This document shows, in pieces, positions 31,453 through 41,267 of a stretch of 64,000 bases of DNA. Each line of letters begins with the position of its first letter. Within the stretch, counting starts at the first letter, position 1. The position numbers were made by a program, and so were the translations under genes. Origin of the DNA: Oscillospiraceae bacterium. Its GTDB lineage: Bacteria; Bacillota; Clostridia; UMGS1883. Location of the stretch: positions 11,438-75,437 of the forward strand of contig SVJW01000002.1 of NCBI GenBank assembly GCA_015068735.1, read 5' to 3'. The notes below the pieces were generated by a model, which was given only the letters and a program-made list of their open reading frames with translations, ran no database searches and had not been told where the DNA came from.

Positions 31453-33870
31453 ATGAAAAAGTATTTGTTTAAAATAATGTGTGTCATTCTGGCTTTCGGT
31501 CTGATTCTGCCGATGACAGGTTTTGAAATTTCTGCCGATGCAGCAGGTACTTACTTCGGCTTTACGGAAACATTCCAGGTTGACTCTTCTTTGGTCGGAA
31601 CAGAGATCGGCAAGGGCTATAACGGTTGGGGATTAACAACTTCAAGCGGTACACAGTGGCTCGATAAGAAGATTTTCTTCAACAAAGAAAGTAACAGTGA
31701 CAACATTACAGCAAGATTCACAGCTGAAAAAGAGCATGAAACCTACGAGAATAAGGATCGTAGGAACCGTGTTCTGAATTACGACTTATCTTCTGTTTCA
31801 AATTCAGATTATTTTGAATTTATGTACAGCATTAAGTCAACAGGCGAGCCATACCTTTTCCAGGCATTGGTTAACGGTCTGCACGTGGGCGATATTGATT
31901 TCAGAAATATGAAAATCGGCGGAAAGACATATTCCGGCTCTGCTGACAGTAACGGTTGGTACAACATAAAGGTTGTTGGTAATACAACAGGTAAAATCTA
32001 CATCTTTGTAAATGATGTACTTCACCTTGAAACTACAAATGCTTCTTTGACAAGCAGAGCGTCAATTCTTCATCTCGGACTTATAAGTACCGATTGTAGC
32101 GGTGCTGATATGCAGGTTGATAATGTTGAATTCAACTTTTTAACTGAGAATGAATATCTGGAATCAGCAGGTATCGTAACAAAGGCAAACCCGAAAGTTT
32201 TTGTTATAGGTGACTCAACAGCGGCAGATTACGGTACATATTCCGAAAATGAAATTGCAGGCTGGGCACAGGTTCTTTACAACTATATGGATGATTCCTA
32301 TATGATAGAGGACTATGCAGAGCCCGGCGCAAGCTCAAAGAGTTTCTATAACTATAAATGGGCAACAGTAATCCCGAAAGTGGAAAAGGGCGACTATGTT
32401 CTTATCCAGTTCGGTCATAATGATGACAAAACCACTTCTTCCTCGGAAGACGGTGCAGCTAATGTCCCCGATCCTAACAGATACACTTCTCCCACAGGAA
32501 GTAAGGATACAGAAGACTCATATAAGTGGTATCTTAACAAGTATGTAACGGAAGTTCGAGCAAAAGGTGCACAGCCTGTATTTGTTACATCTATTGAACG
32601 CAGACTTAAAGCTATTGATAAAATTGCCAATCCTGCGATTACAGGTTCTCTTGACAGCTATATGACAGCAATGAACGAATTGGCAGTTGAACTTAATGTA
32701 CCTGTAATTGATCTTCACGCAGAAAGTATCGATTTGATTTCAGATTACGAAAAGAAATCGGCAGGCTCATCCGCAAACCTTTTCATGGTTTCTGTAGATC
32801 CTGCATCAAATGATAATACTCACCTTACACAAAAGGGTGCAATGGAGATTTCAAAAAGATTCTGTGATTTGCTCAGTGCAAGTGATGCTGAAATCCTTAC
32901 AGCATTCAAGAATCATCTTAAGGACGACCTTGACAGCGTAGTATTTGAAAAACGACTTTTCAAGGTTGAGGAAGATTTTGAAAATGCTAATCTGGTTGGC
33001 ACGAGTATTTCCAACGGTTATAACGGTTGGGCAGTAAAATATACATCTCCCCTCTGGGCAGATAAGAATATCTCATTCAGCCAGGAGGAAGACGGAAATA
33101 TTGTGGCAAGGTTTACGGCTGCTGTAGCAGACACGTCTGATGCAACGCAGATAGACAAAAACCGAAAACTTGCTACATTCAGCTATGATTTGTCATCTGT
33201 TTCAAATTCAGATTACTTCCAGATGGAATACAGCCTTAAATCCACAGGAACTGCTCAAAAAATAGAATTATATATTGGTCCGGAGATAGGCGGCGTAGAT
33301 TTCAACACTATGAAAATAGGCGGAACGGTTTACAGCGGAGCTGCAGACAACGACGGTTGGTACAATATAAAAATATATGGAGATACCACTACGGGAAAAA
33401 CATACTACTATGTTAATAATGTGTTGCACAAGACAGCGACAACAAATTGGACAGGCAGAATCGGAGCTATTCAGTTCAACCTTGTAAGAACAGTCTGCAG
33501 CGGTGCCGATATTCAGCTTGACAATGTTATGTTTAAGTTTATCTCAGAGGATGACTTCTGTGATGCAACAGGCGAAATTCCCTCAACCTTAATAGAACCT
33601 GTGAAATTTGTTAAATCAGGAAATACCATAACAGGACTTACCGTGAAGGCAGGTCATATACCCTCAGCTAACAATAAATTTATCATAGCTGTATACTCTT
33701 CTCAGGGTGAATTCAAGGGTGCAAGATTTGTTACTGTGACAGGCATTGGGGAAAATAATATTACCCTTGACAGCCCCATTGCATATGAAACAGGCGACAC
33801 AATCAATGTTTATTATTGGGATATGACTACATTAAAGCCCTTATCTCAGCCTTATAATACATTAAACTAA
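31453..33870 (+). CDS. Secreted SGNH/GDSL esterase (CE12 rhamnogalacturonan acetylesterase-like) flanked by two paralogous ~170 aa beta-sandwich modules
   Basis: The GDS block is VFVIGDSTAADYG, the GHND block is QFGHNDD and the DxxH block is DNTHLTQKG. The N- and C-terminal modules are clearly paralogous (GYNGWGLTTSSGTQWLDKK... versus GYNGWAVKYTSPLWADKN...). The signal peptide is MKKYLFKIMCVILAFGLILPMTG and the RBS is AGAGGG. Confidence 0.65.
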   Translation: MKKYLFKIMCVILAFGLILPMTGFEISADAAGTYFGFTETFQVDSSLVGTEIGKGYNGWGLTTSSGTQWLDKKIFFNKESNSDNITARFTAEKEHETYENKDRRNRVLNYDLSSVSNSDYFEFMYSIKSTGEPYLFQALVNGLHVGDIDFRNMKIGGKTYSGSADSNGWYNIKVVGNTTGKIYIFVNDVLHLETTNASLTSRASILHLGLISTDCSGADMQVDNVEFNFLTENEYLESAGIVTKANPKVFVIGDSTAADYGTYSENEIAGWAQVLYNYMDDSYMIEDYAEPGASSKSFYNYKWATVIPKVEKGDYVLIQFGHNDDKTTSSSEDGAANVPDPNRYTSPTGSKDTEDSYKWYLNKYVTEVRAKGAQPVFVTSIERRLKAIDKIANPAITGSLDSYMTAMNELAVELNVPVIDLHAESIDLISDYEKKSAGSSANLFMVSVDPASNDNTHLTQKGAMEISKRFCDLLSASDAEILTAFKNHLKDDLDSVVFEKRLFKVEEDFENANLVGTSISNGYNGWAVKYTSPLWADKNISFSQEEDGNIVARFTAAVADTSDATQIDKNRKLATFSYDLSSVSNSDYFQMEYSLKSTGTAQKIELYIGPEIGGVDFNTMKIGGTVYSGAADNDGWYNIKIYGDTTTGKTYYYVNNVLHKTATTNWTGRIGAIQFNLVRTVCSGADIQLDNVMFKFISEDDFCDATGEIPSTLIEPVKFVKSGNTITGLTVKAGHIPSANNKFIIAVYSSQGEFKGARFVTVTGIGENNITLDSPIAYETGDTINVYYWDMTTLKPLSQPYNTLN

Positions 33871-33933
33871 TATTTTGTTTGACAAGGGGGCCGTTCTTTG
33901 AACGGTCCCCAAAATAAAAACAAGGAGAAAACC

Positions 33934-34248
33934 GTGAAACGATTTATTTTATACGCAGAAATAAAGCCTGAGAAACTTCAGGAATATGTAGAACTTCATA
34001 AAAACGCGTGGCCCGAAATTTTAGAGATAATTTCGGAAAGTAATTACCATAATTATTCAATCAGTATCCGCGGAAATCAGCTGTATACTTACTACGAGTA
34101 TACGGGAAACGATTATGAAGCAGATACAAAGAAAATGAACGAAAACCCCATAATGCAGAAGTGGCATACCTTTACAAAACCTTGCTTTATCCGTGATGAA
34201 AAAGGCAATGCCTATAAAGAAATGGAAGAGATTTTCTACAGCCTGTAA
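33934..34248 (+). CDS. rhaM: L-rhamnose mutarotase (RhaM/YiiL family)
   Basis: 104 aa ORF from a GTG with an AAGGAG RBS. It matches the RhaM size and pattern (KRFILYAEIKPEKLQEYVELHKNAWPEILE...YSISIRGNQLYTYYEY). Confidence 0.65.
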   Translation: MKRFILYAEIKPEKLQEYVELHKNAWPEILEIISESNYHNYSISIRGNQLYTYYEYTGNDYEADTKKMNENPIMQKWHTFTKPCFIRDEKGNAYKEMEEIFYSL

Positions 34249-34263
34249 AGGAGATGCTTTATT

Positions 34264-37200
34264 ATGAATTTTATGGAAGCAATGAAGTCGCCTAAGCCCC
34301 AGTTCAGCCCCGCAGCGTTCTGGTTCTGGTACGGTGAGCTTAATCCCGACACTTTGCGAAAGCAGATAAATATGATGGTAGAGCAGGGTGTATATAACGG
34401 CTTTATGCACGCCCGTGCCTATCTTAAAACTCAATACCTTGAAGATGATTGGTGGAAAGCAATTTCCGCTTGTATAGATGAAGGCAAGAAAACAGGGTTT
34501 TATCCCTGGCTGTACGATGAGTATGCATGGCCCAGCGGAACAGCCGGCAGTACTTTTCAGTACGGCTATCAGAAGCCTTCCCGCACTCTCTCAAAAGGCG
34601 AGTGCAATATGGCAAAATACCTTTCTATAAAGAGCTATGCCTCAAAAGAAGAGCTTTCCAAGGAAGCTTCTTTTGAAAATCTTGTTTCGGCATTTTATAA
34701 AGACGGAGAAAACTGGGTACATACAACAAACCTTTCCGATTGGAAGGGCGAGGTAATGGCATTTTACAGAAACTTCACTCCCCGATTTGTGGATTACCTT
34801 AATCCTGAAACTGTGAAAGAATTTATAAACTGTACCCATGAAGAATATAAAAAGCGTTTTGGTGAGAATTTCGGAAATATTGTACCGGGTATTTTCTTTG
34901 ACGAAATCTTTATGGTTGGCTGGATGCCCTGGACAGAAAAATTTGCGGAAGAATTCCAAAAACGCTGCGGCTATGACATTGTTTCAAAGCTGTATGTTCT
35001 GAGAGATGCAAAAGGAAAAGACGACCTTAAAGTCCGCAATGATTACTACGAAGTTGTTGCACAGCTTTATGAAGAGGGCTTCTTTGTACAGATTTCCGAT
35101 TGGTGCAAGAAGAACAACCTTGAACTTACAGGTCATATAGAAGAACATTTTGAACGCCATCCCGGAAGACAGGGTCACTTTTTCAATAACGAAAGACATC
35201 TGGACATCCCCGGTGCAGACTGTCACGATTACAGATACCGCTTCCCCCGTAAAATCACTTACAGAGAGCCTAAATTTGCCGTATCTACCGCCCGTGCATA
35301 CGGCAAAAAGCGTATGATGTCGGAAGCATTCGGCGGTGCAGGTTGGGGATGTTCCCTTCAGCAGTATAAACGCGGAATGAATACTCTCGGTGCAATGGGT
35401 ATCAATATGGTTACTCTGCACGGATTTTATACCGAGTGTGTCAGTCAGGGAGAACAGGCGGACTGGCCCTGCAGTTTCTTCTTCCAGAACCCTTACTGGA
35501 GATATTTCAAGCACCTTGCAAATTACATGAACAGAATTTGCTATATGAACACACAAGGAACTCCCGTTGTGGAAGTAGGCTTATATTATCCTATTGAGGA
35601 AATGAGAAAGCTGACCGTTGACGGATTGTTTTTCAACGGTTGTGAAACGCTTAATGACGCGTGGAACAACGCAATGAATTCCCTTCTTGAACACCAGATA
35701 GATGTGGATATAATTGACGAAGTATCACTTCTCAGAGCGACTGTTAAAGACGGAACTATCAGCGTTGGCTCGCAGAACTTTAAAGTACTGGTATTCCCCG
35801 ATATAGCAGAATTTTCTGATGAACTCAGGGAAAAACTTGACGAATTCCAAAAATCAGGCGGAAAAGTAATATATTATGCTTGCGAAGACGGCAAAGACGG
35901 TGCGGTTAAGACCGAAATGCTGCCTAAGGCGGTAAACAACGTACTTACACCCGATGTGGGAGTTCTTTTCGGTGAACGGGACAATTTATTTGTAAATCAC
36001 CGCAAAATCGAAGATAAGGAAGTATATTTCATCGGCAGCAGTACACCGAGAAAGAGAAGTCTTATCCTTAATCTCCGGGAAAAGGGCTCCGTACAAAAGC
36101 TCAGCCCCGATAACGGGGAATTATCTGATGTTTATTCCCGCATAACCGAAAACGGCACCGAGGTGCGCCTTTCTCTTGAAGAGGACGAGGCGTGCTGGCT
36201 TATTGTGGATGCAAACAGAGCGGAAAAAACTCTGCCGGAAGAATATGTTGCAGAAGAGTTTGTCGTAGCAGGAAAATGGGAATTTCTCCCCATAGATTCT
36301 GCAATTAAAGATGAAAAACAGCTGGAAATCAATGCTACTGAGCTGGATATACCTCTTGCTGCATTTTCTTCCGAGCCTCATCCTGACGGCAGACAGATAA
36401 GAATTAAAAATACAGAAAATGAAGACGGCTTCTGCGGAAGACACCTCAGCCTTTGGAAAGCAAACTGGATAACACGCAGATTTGACTGGGTAGATATTTC
36501 GATGAAAGAAAACCTTTACTGCAGAAAAGAATTTGTCCTTGATGAAAAGCCTGAATCTGCACGCATTTGCCTTGCAGCGGTAAATGAATGGACCATGTGG
36601 ATTAACGGACAAAAGGTTGCAGAGTCAGAAGATGCGAGAACTGCTTCATTTGTAGACATTACCGAATTTTTGACAGCAGGAAAAAACCTTATAGCAATCA
36701 GCGTCAGAAATAAAACTACCATGGAACATTTCAATCTGCTTTCTCTGGAATACCTTCGTCCCGAGGAAATGATTTCCCTTATTGCACAGGCAGAAATCAA
36801 GGTTGGTGACGAATTCATCACAATCGCAACAGATGAGTCGTGGCAGGTAAATGAAGCGTATATTGAGGGTTGGCAGCAGGTTTCATACTGCCCCGAAGTA
36901 CACTACAGATATTCCACAAATACACCTGAATTCGGAGATGGCGATGACAAATGGAGCCAGGCTTGGAAACGAGGCTGTCCTCCAATGCTTCCCTGGGGTG
37001 ATATGCCCCTCTTTGGCGAAACTGTAACCTATCCGCAGAAAATCAGTTACAGTATAGTGCTTCCTGCAGGAACTTCCAAGATATATTATCCCGATATGTC
37101 GGGACGCGACATTAAAGTTACGGTTGACGGTATGGCGATGCCTTGGAAAAACGGAGAATGTTTTATAAAGCCCGACGGAAATACTCACCAGATGCAGATT

Positions 37201-37671
37201 TCAATGGTTGCAGAAAACGGCAAAGACGGACTTCACAGTAATATTAAGGTACAGGTAATTCCTTTCCGTCACGCTCTTTGTGACTGGAGACTTCACGGAC
37301 TTAAATGGTATGCCGGATTTACTCGCTACCGCAATACAATGAATTTGAAGAAAAAGCCCGGCCGCTATATTCTTAACCTTGGCAAGGTTTCTTTCCAGAC
37401 AGAGGTTTGGGTAAACGGTGTGAAAGCCGGCGAAAAAGTATGGGAACCCTATCAGCTTGATATAACAGATTTTTTAAGAGACGGAGAAAACGATATTGTT
37501 GTAATCGTCTCAAACTCAGCCGCAGTTGAAAGACAGTATATGCTGGTTGACGAGGGAATGGCTCTCGGCTGGAACAGATATTGGAACGACGATAATATCC
37601 AGCGCGAGGGTGAAAATCTGGTGTCGGGTCTTCAGGGGCCCATAATGCTCGACAGACGAAGCGAGATTTAA
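34264..37671 (+). CDS. Large cytoplasmic glycoside hydrolase, GH106-like (putative alpha-L-rhamnosidase) with C-terminal GH2-type sugar-binding beta-sandwich domains
   Basis: 1135 aa ORF with no signal peptide. The N-terminal signature PQFSPAAFWFWYGELNPDTLRKQINMMVEQGVYNGF resembles the GH106 N-terminus. C-terminal jelly-roll repeats occur (…LNLGKVSFQTEVWVNGVKAGEK…). It is next to rhaM. Confidence 0.45.
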   Translation: MNFMEAMKSPKPQFSPAAFWFWYGELNPDTLRKQINMMVEQGVYNGFMHARAYLKTQYLEDDWWKAISACIDEGKKTGFYPWLYDEYAWPSGTAGSTFQYGYQKPSRTLSKGECNMAKYLSIKSYASKEELSKEASFENLVSAFYKDGENWVHTTNLSDWKGEVMAFYRNFTPRFVDYLNPETVKEFINCTHEEYKKRFGENFGNIVPGIFFDEIFMVGWMPWTEKFAEEFQKRCGYDIVSKLYVLRDAKGKDDLKVRNDYYEVVAQLYEEGFFVQISDWCKKNNLELTGHIEEHFERHPGRQGHFFNNERHLDIPGADCHDYRYRFPRKITYREPKFAVSTARAYGKKRMMSEAFGGAGWGCSLQQYKRGMNTLGAMGINMVTLHGFYTECVSQGEQADWPCSFFFQNPYWRYFKHLANYMNRICYMNTQGTPVVEVGLYYPIEEMRKLTVDGLFFNGCETLNDAWNNAMNSLLEHQIDVDIIDEVSLLRATVKDGTISVGSQNFKVLVFPDIAEFSDELREKLDEFQKSGGKVIYYACEDGKDGAVKTEMLPKAVNNVLTPDVGVLFGERDNLFVNHRKIEDKEVYFIGSSTPRKRSLILNLREKGSVQKLSPDNGELSDVYSRITENGTEVRLSLEEDEACWLIVDANRAEKTLPEEYVAEEFVVAGKWEFLPIDSAIKDEKQLEINATELDIPLAAFSSEPHPDGRQIRIKNTENEDGFCGRHLSLWKANWITRRFDWVDISMKENLYCRKEFVLDEKPESARICLAAVNEWTMWINGQKVAESEDARTASFVDITEFLTAGKNLIAISVRNKTTMEHFNLLSLEYLRPEEMISLIAQAEIKVGDEFITIATDESWQVNEAYIEGWQQVSYCPEVHYRYSTNTPEFGDGDDKWSQAWKRGCPPMLPWGDMPLFGETVTYPQKISYSIVLPAGTSKIYYPDMSGRDIKVTVDGMAMPWKNGECFIKPDGNTHQMQISMVAENGKDGLHSNIKVQVIPFRHALCDWRLHGLKWYAGFTRYRNTMNLKKKPGRYILNLGKVSFQTEVWVNGVKAGEKVWEPYQLDITDFLRDGENDIVVIVSNSAAVERQYMLVDEGMALGWNRYWNDDNIQREGENLVSGLQGPIMLDRRSEI

Positions 37672-37687
37672 AGGAGAATTTATATTT

Positions 37688-39811
37688 ATGATAAAAGAAC
37701 AGCGATATGAGTTTAAAAAAGACCTTTTACAGATTCATAAGAAGGACAGAAGGGATTTTTCTTTAAAGCCCGAAGAAAATGAATTTACAGTACCGGAGGG
37801 GCTTTGTATAGTCCTTCCGGAAAAATACGATTCCGTTGTGGAAACTGCTGCATGGGATTTTGCTGACTATATGTTAAAATCTATGGATCAGGCGGCAATG
37901 GTTACGAAAAAAGCTTCTTCGGAAGCGTGTCTGAAACTCTCTTATAACAAAGACCTTGGCGATGCTTCGGGATATATGGGTTATCGCATTACCGTTACTG
38001 ACAGCGGTATAACACTGGAGGGTTACGACAGCGTAGGAATTGCACAGGGACTTTACTTTTTAGAGGATTTAATGAATTTAAGACGTGCGCCTTTCCTTGA
38101 AAAGAAAATAACTCAGAAAAAGGCGCTGTTCTCACCACGTTTTGCTCAGTCACCCTTTGGTATGTTTGAATACAATGACGAATGCCTTTCTTATATGGCA
38201 CATCTTGGGTATGATGCAATTATGCTGTGGATAGACGGATTAAATATCAATCACCGTGGCGAATACATTGATATGTATCTTCTGTGCGAACGGGCAGAAC
38301 GCTACGGAATAAATGTTTATATCCAACTTTACAGAGATCACAGCGCTCATCCCGATGATCCCGGTGCAGAAGAGTTTTACGATAATCTCTACGGAAAAAT
38401 CTTCAAAGCCTGCCCTAAAATCAAGGGCGTGGAGCTTGTAGGCGAAGCAAACCATTTTCATAGCAAGGACCCCGATTCCAGAATAGGAAAAGCTCCCTTG
38501 TCGGCTAATTTTGAGGATAATATTCCCACGGGTAAAGTTACACCCGGATTCTGGCCCTGCCGCGACTATCCTCAGTGGATATCATTGATTAAAAAATGTA
38601 TTTCCAAATACCGTCCCGATGTGGATATTGTATTTTGTACATATAACTGGAGCTGGGCTCCGGAGGAAGAAAGACTGCGTCTGATAGAAAATCTTCCCAC
38701 AGATATTACTCTTCTTTCCGCTTGGGATGTATGCCAGCAGTTTGATATAGGAAAAGCAAAAGGCGATACAACAGACTATTCACTTCGCCAGACAGAGGCA
38801 AGTGACTACTTTGCAAGTGAGGCGCGTGCTGCTAAAAAACGCGGAATAAAAGTGTATGCAAATACCGAAACAGCAGGTCTTACATGGGACTTCGGTGTAA
38901 TTCCTTACGAGCCTATGCCGTACCAATGGCTTAAGCGTTTTGAAAGCATCGTAAAATCTCACCAAGAGTGGGGCGTATGCGGGCTTCTGGAATGTATACA
39001 TTACGGATTCTATCCGTCATTCATCAGCGACCTTGAAAAATGGGCGTTCTTCACTCATGAAGAAAACCTTACAGATGTACTTCATCGCATATTGAAGAGG
39101 GATTTCGGTGAGAACAGTTTTGATAAAGTAAATGAGGCTATGTTAAAATGGAGCGAAGCTATCTCTCACGCCACAGCAAGTAACGAAGATCAGTACGGTG
39201 CCTTCCGTGTAGGACCTTCCTATCCCTTGTGGGTGGCTGATCCCAGAACCGATATATTCGGCGGTTATCCGGAAAGCGGACGCATTCCTACGGAAAACAA
39301 TGCAATGTTCGGTAACATGATTTATAATCCTGCGTACACTCCCGACATGGGCTTTAACAGAAATAACTCTATGCCAGGGCTCAGATTGTATGAGGAAATG
39401 AAAGAAATTGAAATAATGCGCGACTTACTTTCCGAGGGTATAAATCTTTTAGAGAGCGTTCCCAATCCCAACGAAAAACTGTTGCGTGTACTCAATATAG
39501 GAAAGTTTATGTACAGATCCTGCATAACAGGAATAAATGTTAAAAAACTCTTTGTTATGAGCCAGGAGCTTAACATTGCTTCCGATGCACAAAAGATGCT
39601 TGATATTATTGATAATATGGAGAAACTTCTTCTTGAAGAAAAGAAGAATGTTGAAGAAACTATCCCTGTAGTACAGGCGGATTCCAGACTCGGTTGGGAA
39701 CCCAGTATGGAGTATCAGGGGGATGAAAAATGTCTCAGATGGAAATTAAGACAGCTTGACTACGACCTTAACTACACACTTAAAAAACACCGTGAGAGTT
39801 GTAAACTGTAA
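37688..39811 (+). CDS. Hypothetical cytoplasmic protein (707 aa), possibly a TIM-barrel glycoside hydrolase-like enzyme; no confident family assignment
   Basis: Long ORF with an RBS, coding periodicity and no TM segment or signal peptide. The region containing DAIMLWIDG and GINVYIQL is weakly suggestive of a (beta/alpha)8 barrel. Confidence 0.4.
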   Translation: MIKEQRYEFKKDLLQIHKKDRRDFSLKPEENEFTVPEGLCIVLPEKYDSVVETAAWDFADYMLKSMDQAAMVTKKASSEACLKLSYNKDLGDASGYMGYRITVTDSGITLEGYDSVGIAQGLYFLEDLMNLRRAPFLEKKITQKKALFSPRFAQSPFGMFEYNDECLSYMAHLGYDAIMLWIDGLNINHRGEYIDMYLLCERAERYGINVYIQLYRDHSAHPDDPGAEEFYDNLYGKIFKACPKIKGVELVGEANHFHSKDPDSRIGKAPLSANFEDNIPTGKVTPGFWPCRDYPQWISLIKKCISKYRPDVDIVFCTYNWSWAPEEERLRLIENLPTDITLLSAWDVCQQFDIGKAKGDTTDYSLRQTEASDYFASEARAAKKRGIKVYANTETAGLTWDFGVIPYEPMPYQWLKRFESIVKSHQEWGVCGLLECIHYGFYPSFISDLEKWAFFTHEENLTDVLHRILKRDFGENSFDKVNEAMLKWSEAISHATASNEDQYGAFRVGPSYPLWVADPRTDIFGGYPESGRIPTENNAMFGNMIYNPAYTPDMGFNRNNSMPGLRLYEEMKEIEIMRDLLSEGINLLESVPNPNEKLLRVLNIGKFMYRSCITGINVKKLFVMSQELNIASDAQKMLDIIDNMEKLLLEEKKNVEETIPVVQADSRLGWEPSMEYQGDEKCLRWKLRQLDYDLNYTLKKHRESCKL

Positions 39812-39839
39812 AAGCAATATCAGAAAGGACAAAAGCACA

Positions 39840-41252
39840 ATGAAAATAGTTATAGGCTCGCTTCAGTGCGAGGGAAATACTCTGACACCAATCAAAACCA
39901 CATTTGAGGATTTTGATTATGCATCGGGAGAAAAAATGTATGAAAAACTTAAGGATGTAACCGCATACTTTAAAAGCCATGAATGTGACCTTGTGCCTAC
40001 AGTTTATGCTCGTGCCCTCCCGGGAGGAACGGTTGTTCTCAGGGACTTTTTAAGGCTTGCAAATGAGCTTGTTGATGCAATTCCCAAGGGAGGAATTGAC
40101 GGCGTATGGTTATATCTTCACGGAGCAATGCACGTGGAGGAAATTGGCTCAGGTGAGGAATATGTACTTAAAAAAGTTCGCGAAAAAGTAGGATACAACA
40201 TTCCTATCGGTCTTGCTATGGATTTTCATGCGAATAATTCAAATAATATTGCACGTCTTGTGAACTGTGTCGCAGGCTACAGAACTGCGCCTCACAGTGA
40301 CCGTGAAGAAACACAGATAAGGGCGGCAGAAATGCTTTTAAACTGTATTGATAAAAAGATTATGCCCAGACCTCAGATGACCCGTGCCGACGTGGTGATT
40401 TGCGGTGATGCGGTACAGACAGCCGTAGAGCCGTTAAAGGGTATTCTTGATATGGCAAGGGAAATGGAAAGAACTATCCCAGGCCTTATGTGTGCGGAAG
40501 TATTTAACGGTCAGTCCTGGGTTGATGAGCCTTATATGGGCCCCAGCTTCATTGCTACTCACGAAACCGATCCTGAGATTGCATTAGAGTGTGCAGAAAA
40601 ACTTGCAAAGGAATTTTACGAAAAAAGATATGACTTTGTTATTCCTCATGTAGAAGTTGAGGAGGGAATAAAACTTGCTATGGAGGCAACTGAGCCGCAG
40701 GTATTCTTATCCGATGCCGGTGACAACACAACGGCAGGGGCGACCGGTGATAATGCCTATGTGCTTAACCGACTTATGAAAGCAGGGGCAAAAGATGTCC
40801 TCCTCGCAGGAATTACCGATGCTGAAGCGGTGGACATTTGCTATAACGCACAAATCGGTGATGAGCTGACGCTTACAGTCGGCGGAAAGTTGGAGGAGAA
40901 AAGCGAATCGGCTACAATTACCGGAAAGCTTATCCATAAAGGCGATATGGTAAATTATACAGGCGGTGCACCCATTCCGTCTGCAACTGTGGACTGTGGC
41001 GATATAACGGTTATTATAACAAAGGACCGTGCGCCCTTGTGCCGTCCTGATATATTGGATTCCATCGATTCAAACTGGAGAAAGTTTAAAATCGTTGCAA
41101 TAAAACTCGGTTTCCTGTTCCCTGAACTTGCAAAAGAAGCGGAGAGGGTAATTCTCACATTTTCTCCGGGAAATTCAACACCAAGACTTCAGGATATGGG
41201 AATGAAAAACATCAGAAGACCCATGTTTCCTCTGGACGATAATTTTATGTAA
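39840..41252 (+). CDS. M81-family metallopeptidase, MlrC-like (DUF1485 + MlrC C-terminal domain)
   Basis: 471 aa ORF from ATG 39840 (MKIVIGSLQCEGNTL...). The N-terminus and overall pattern match MlrC/DUF1485 proteins. The track ORF start at 39756 overlaps the upstream gene. Confidence 0.55.
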   Translation: MKIVIGSLQCEGNTLTPIKTTFEDFDYASGEKMYEKLKDVTAYFKSHECDLVPTVYARALPGGTVVLRDFLRLANELVDAIPKGGIDGVWLYLHGAMHVEEIGSGEEYVLKKVREKVGYNIPIGLAMDFHANNSNNIARLVNCVAGYRTAPHSDREETQIRAAEMLLNCIDKKIMPRPQMTRADVVICGDAVQTAVEPLKGILDMAREMERTIPGLMCAEVFNGQSWVDEPYMGPSFIATHETDPEIALECAEKLAKEFYEKRYDFVIPHVEVEEGIKLAMEATEPQVFLSDAGDNTTAGATGDNAYVLNRLMKAGAKDVLLAGITDAEAVDICYNAQIGDELTLTVGGKLEEKSESATITGKLIHKGDMVNYTGGAPIPSATVDCGDITVIITKDRAPLCRPDILDSIDSNWRKFKIVAIKLGFLFPELAKEAERVILTFSPGNSTPRLQDMGMKNIRRPMFPLDDNFM

Positions 41253-41267
41253 AAGGGAAGAATTTGT

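Noticed and set aside
39756-39839. Upstream extension (MTTTLTTHLKNTVRVVN…) of the MlrC-like ORF
   Set aside because: It overlaps the 3' end of the preceding gene. The MlrC/DUF1485 homology begins at MKIVIGSLQ (ATG 39840).
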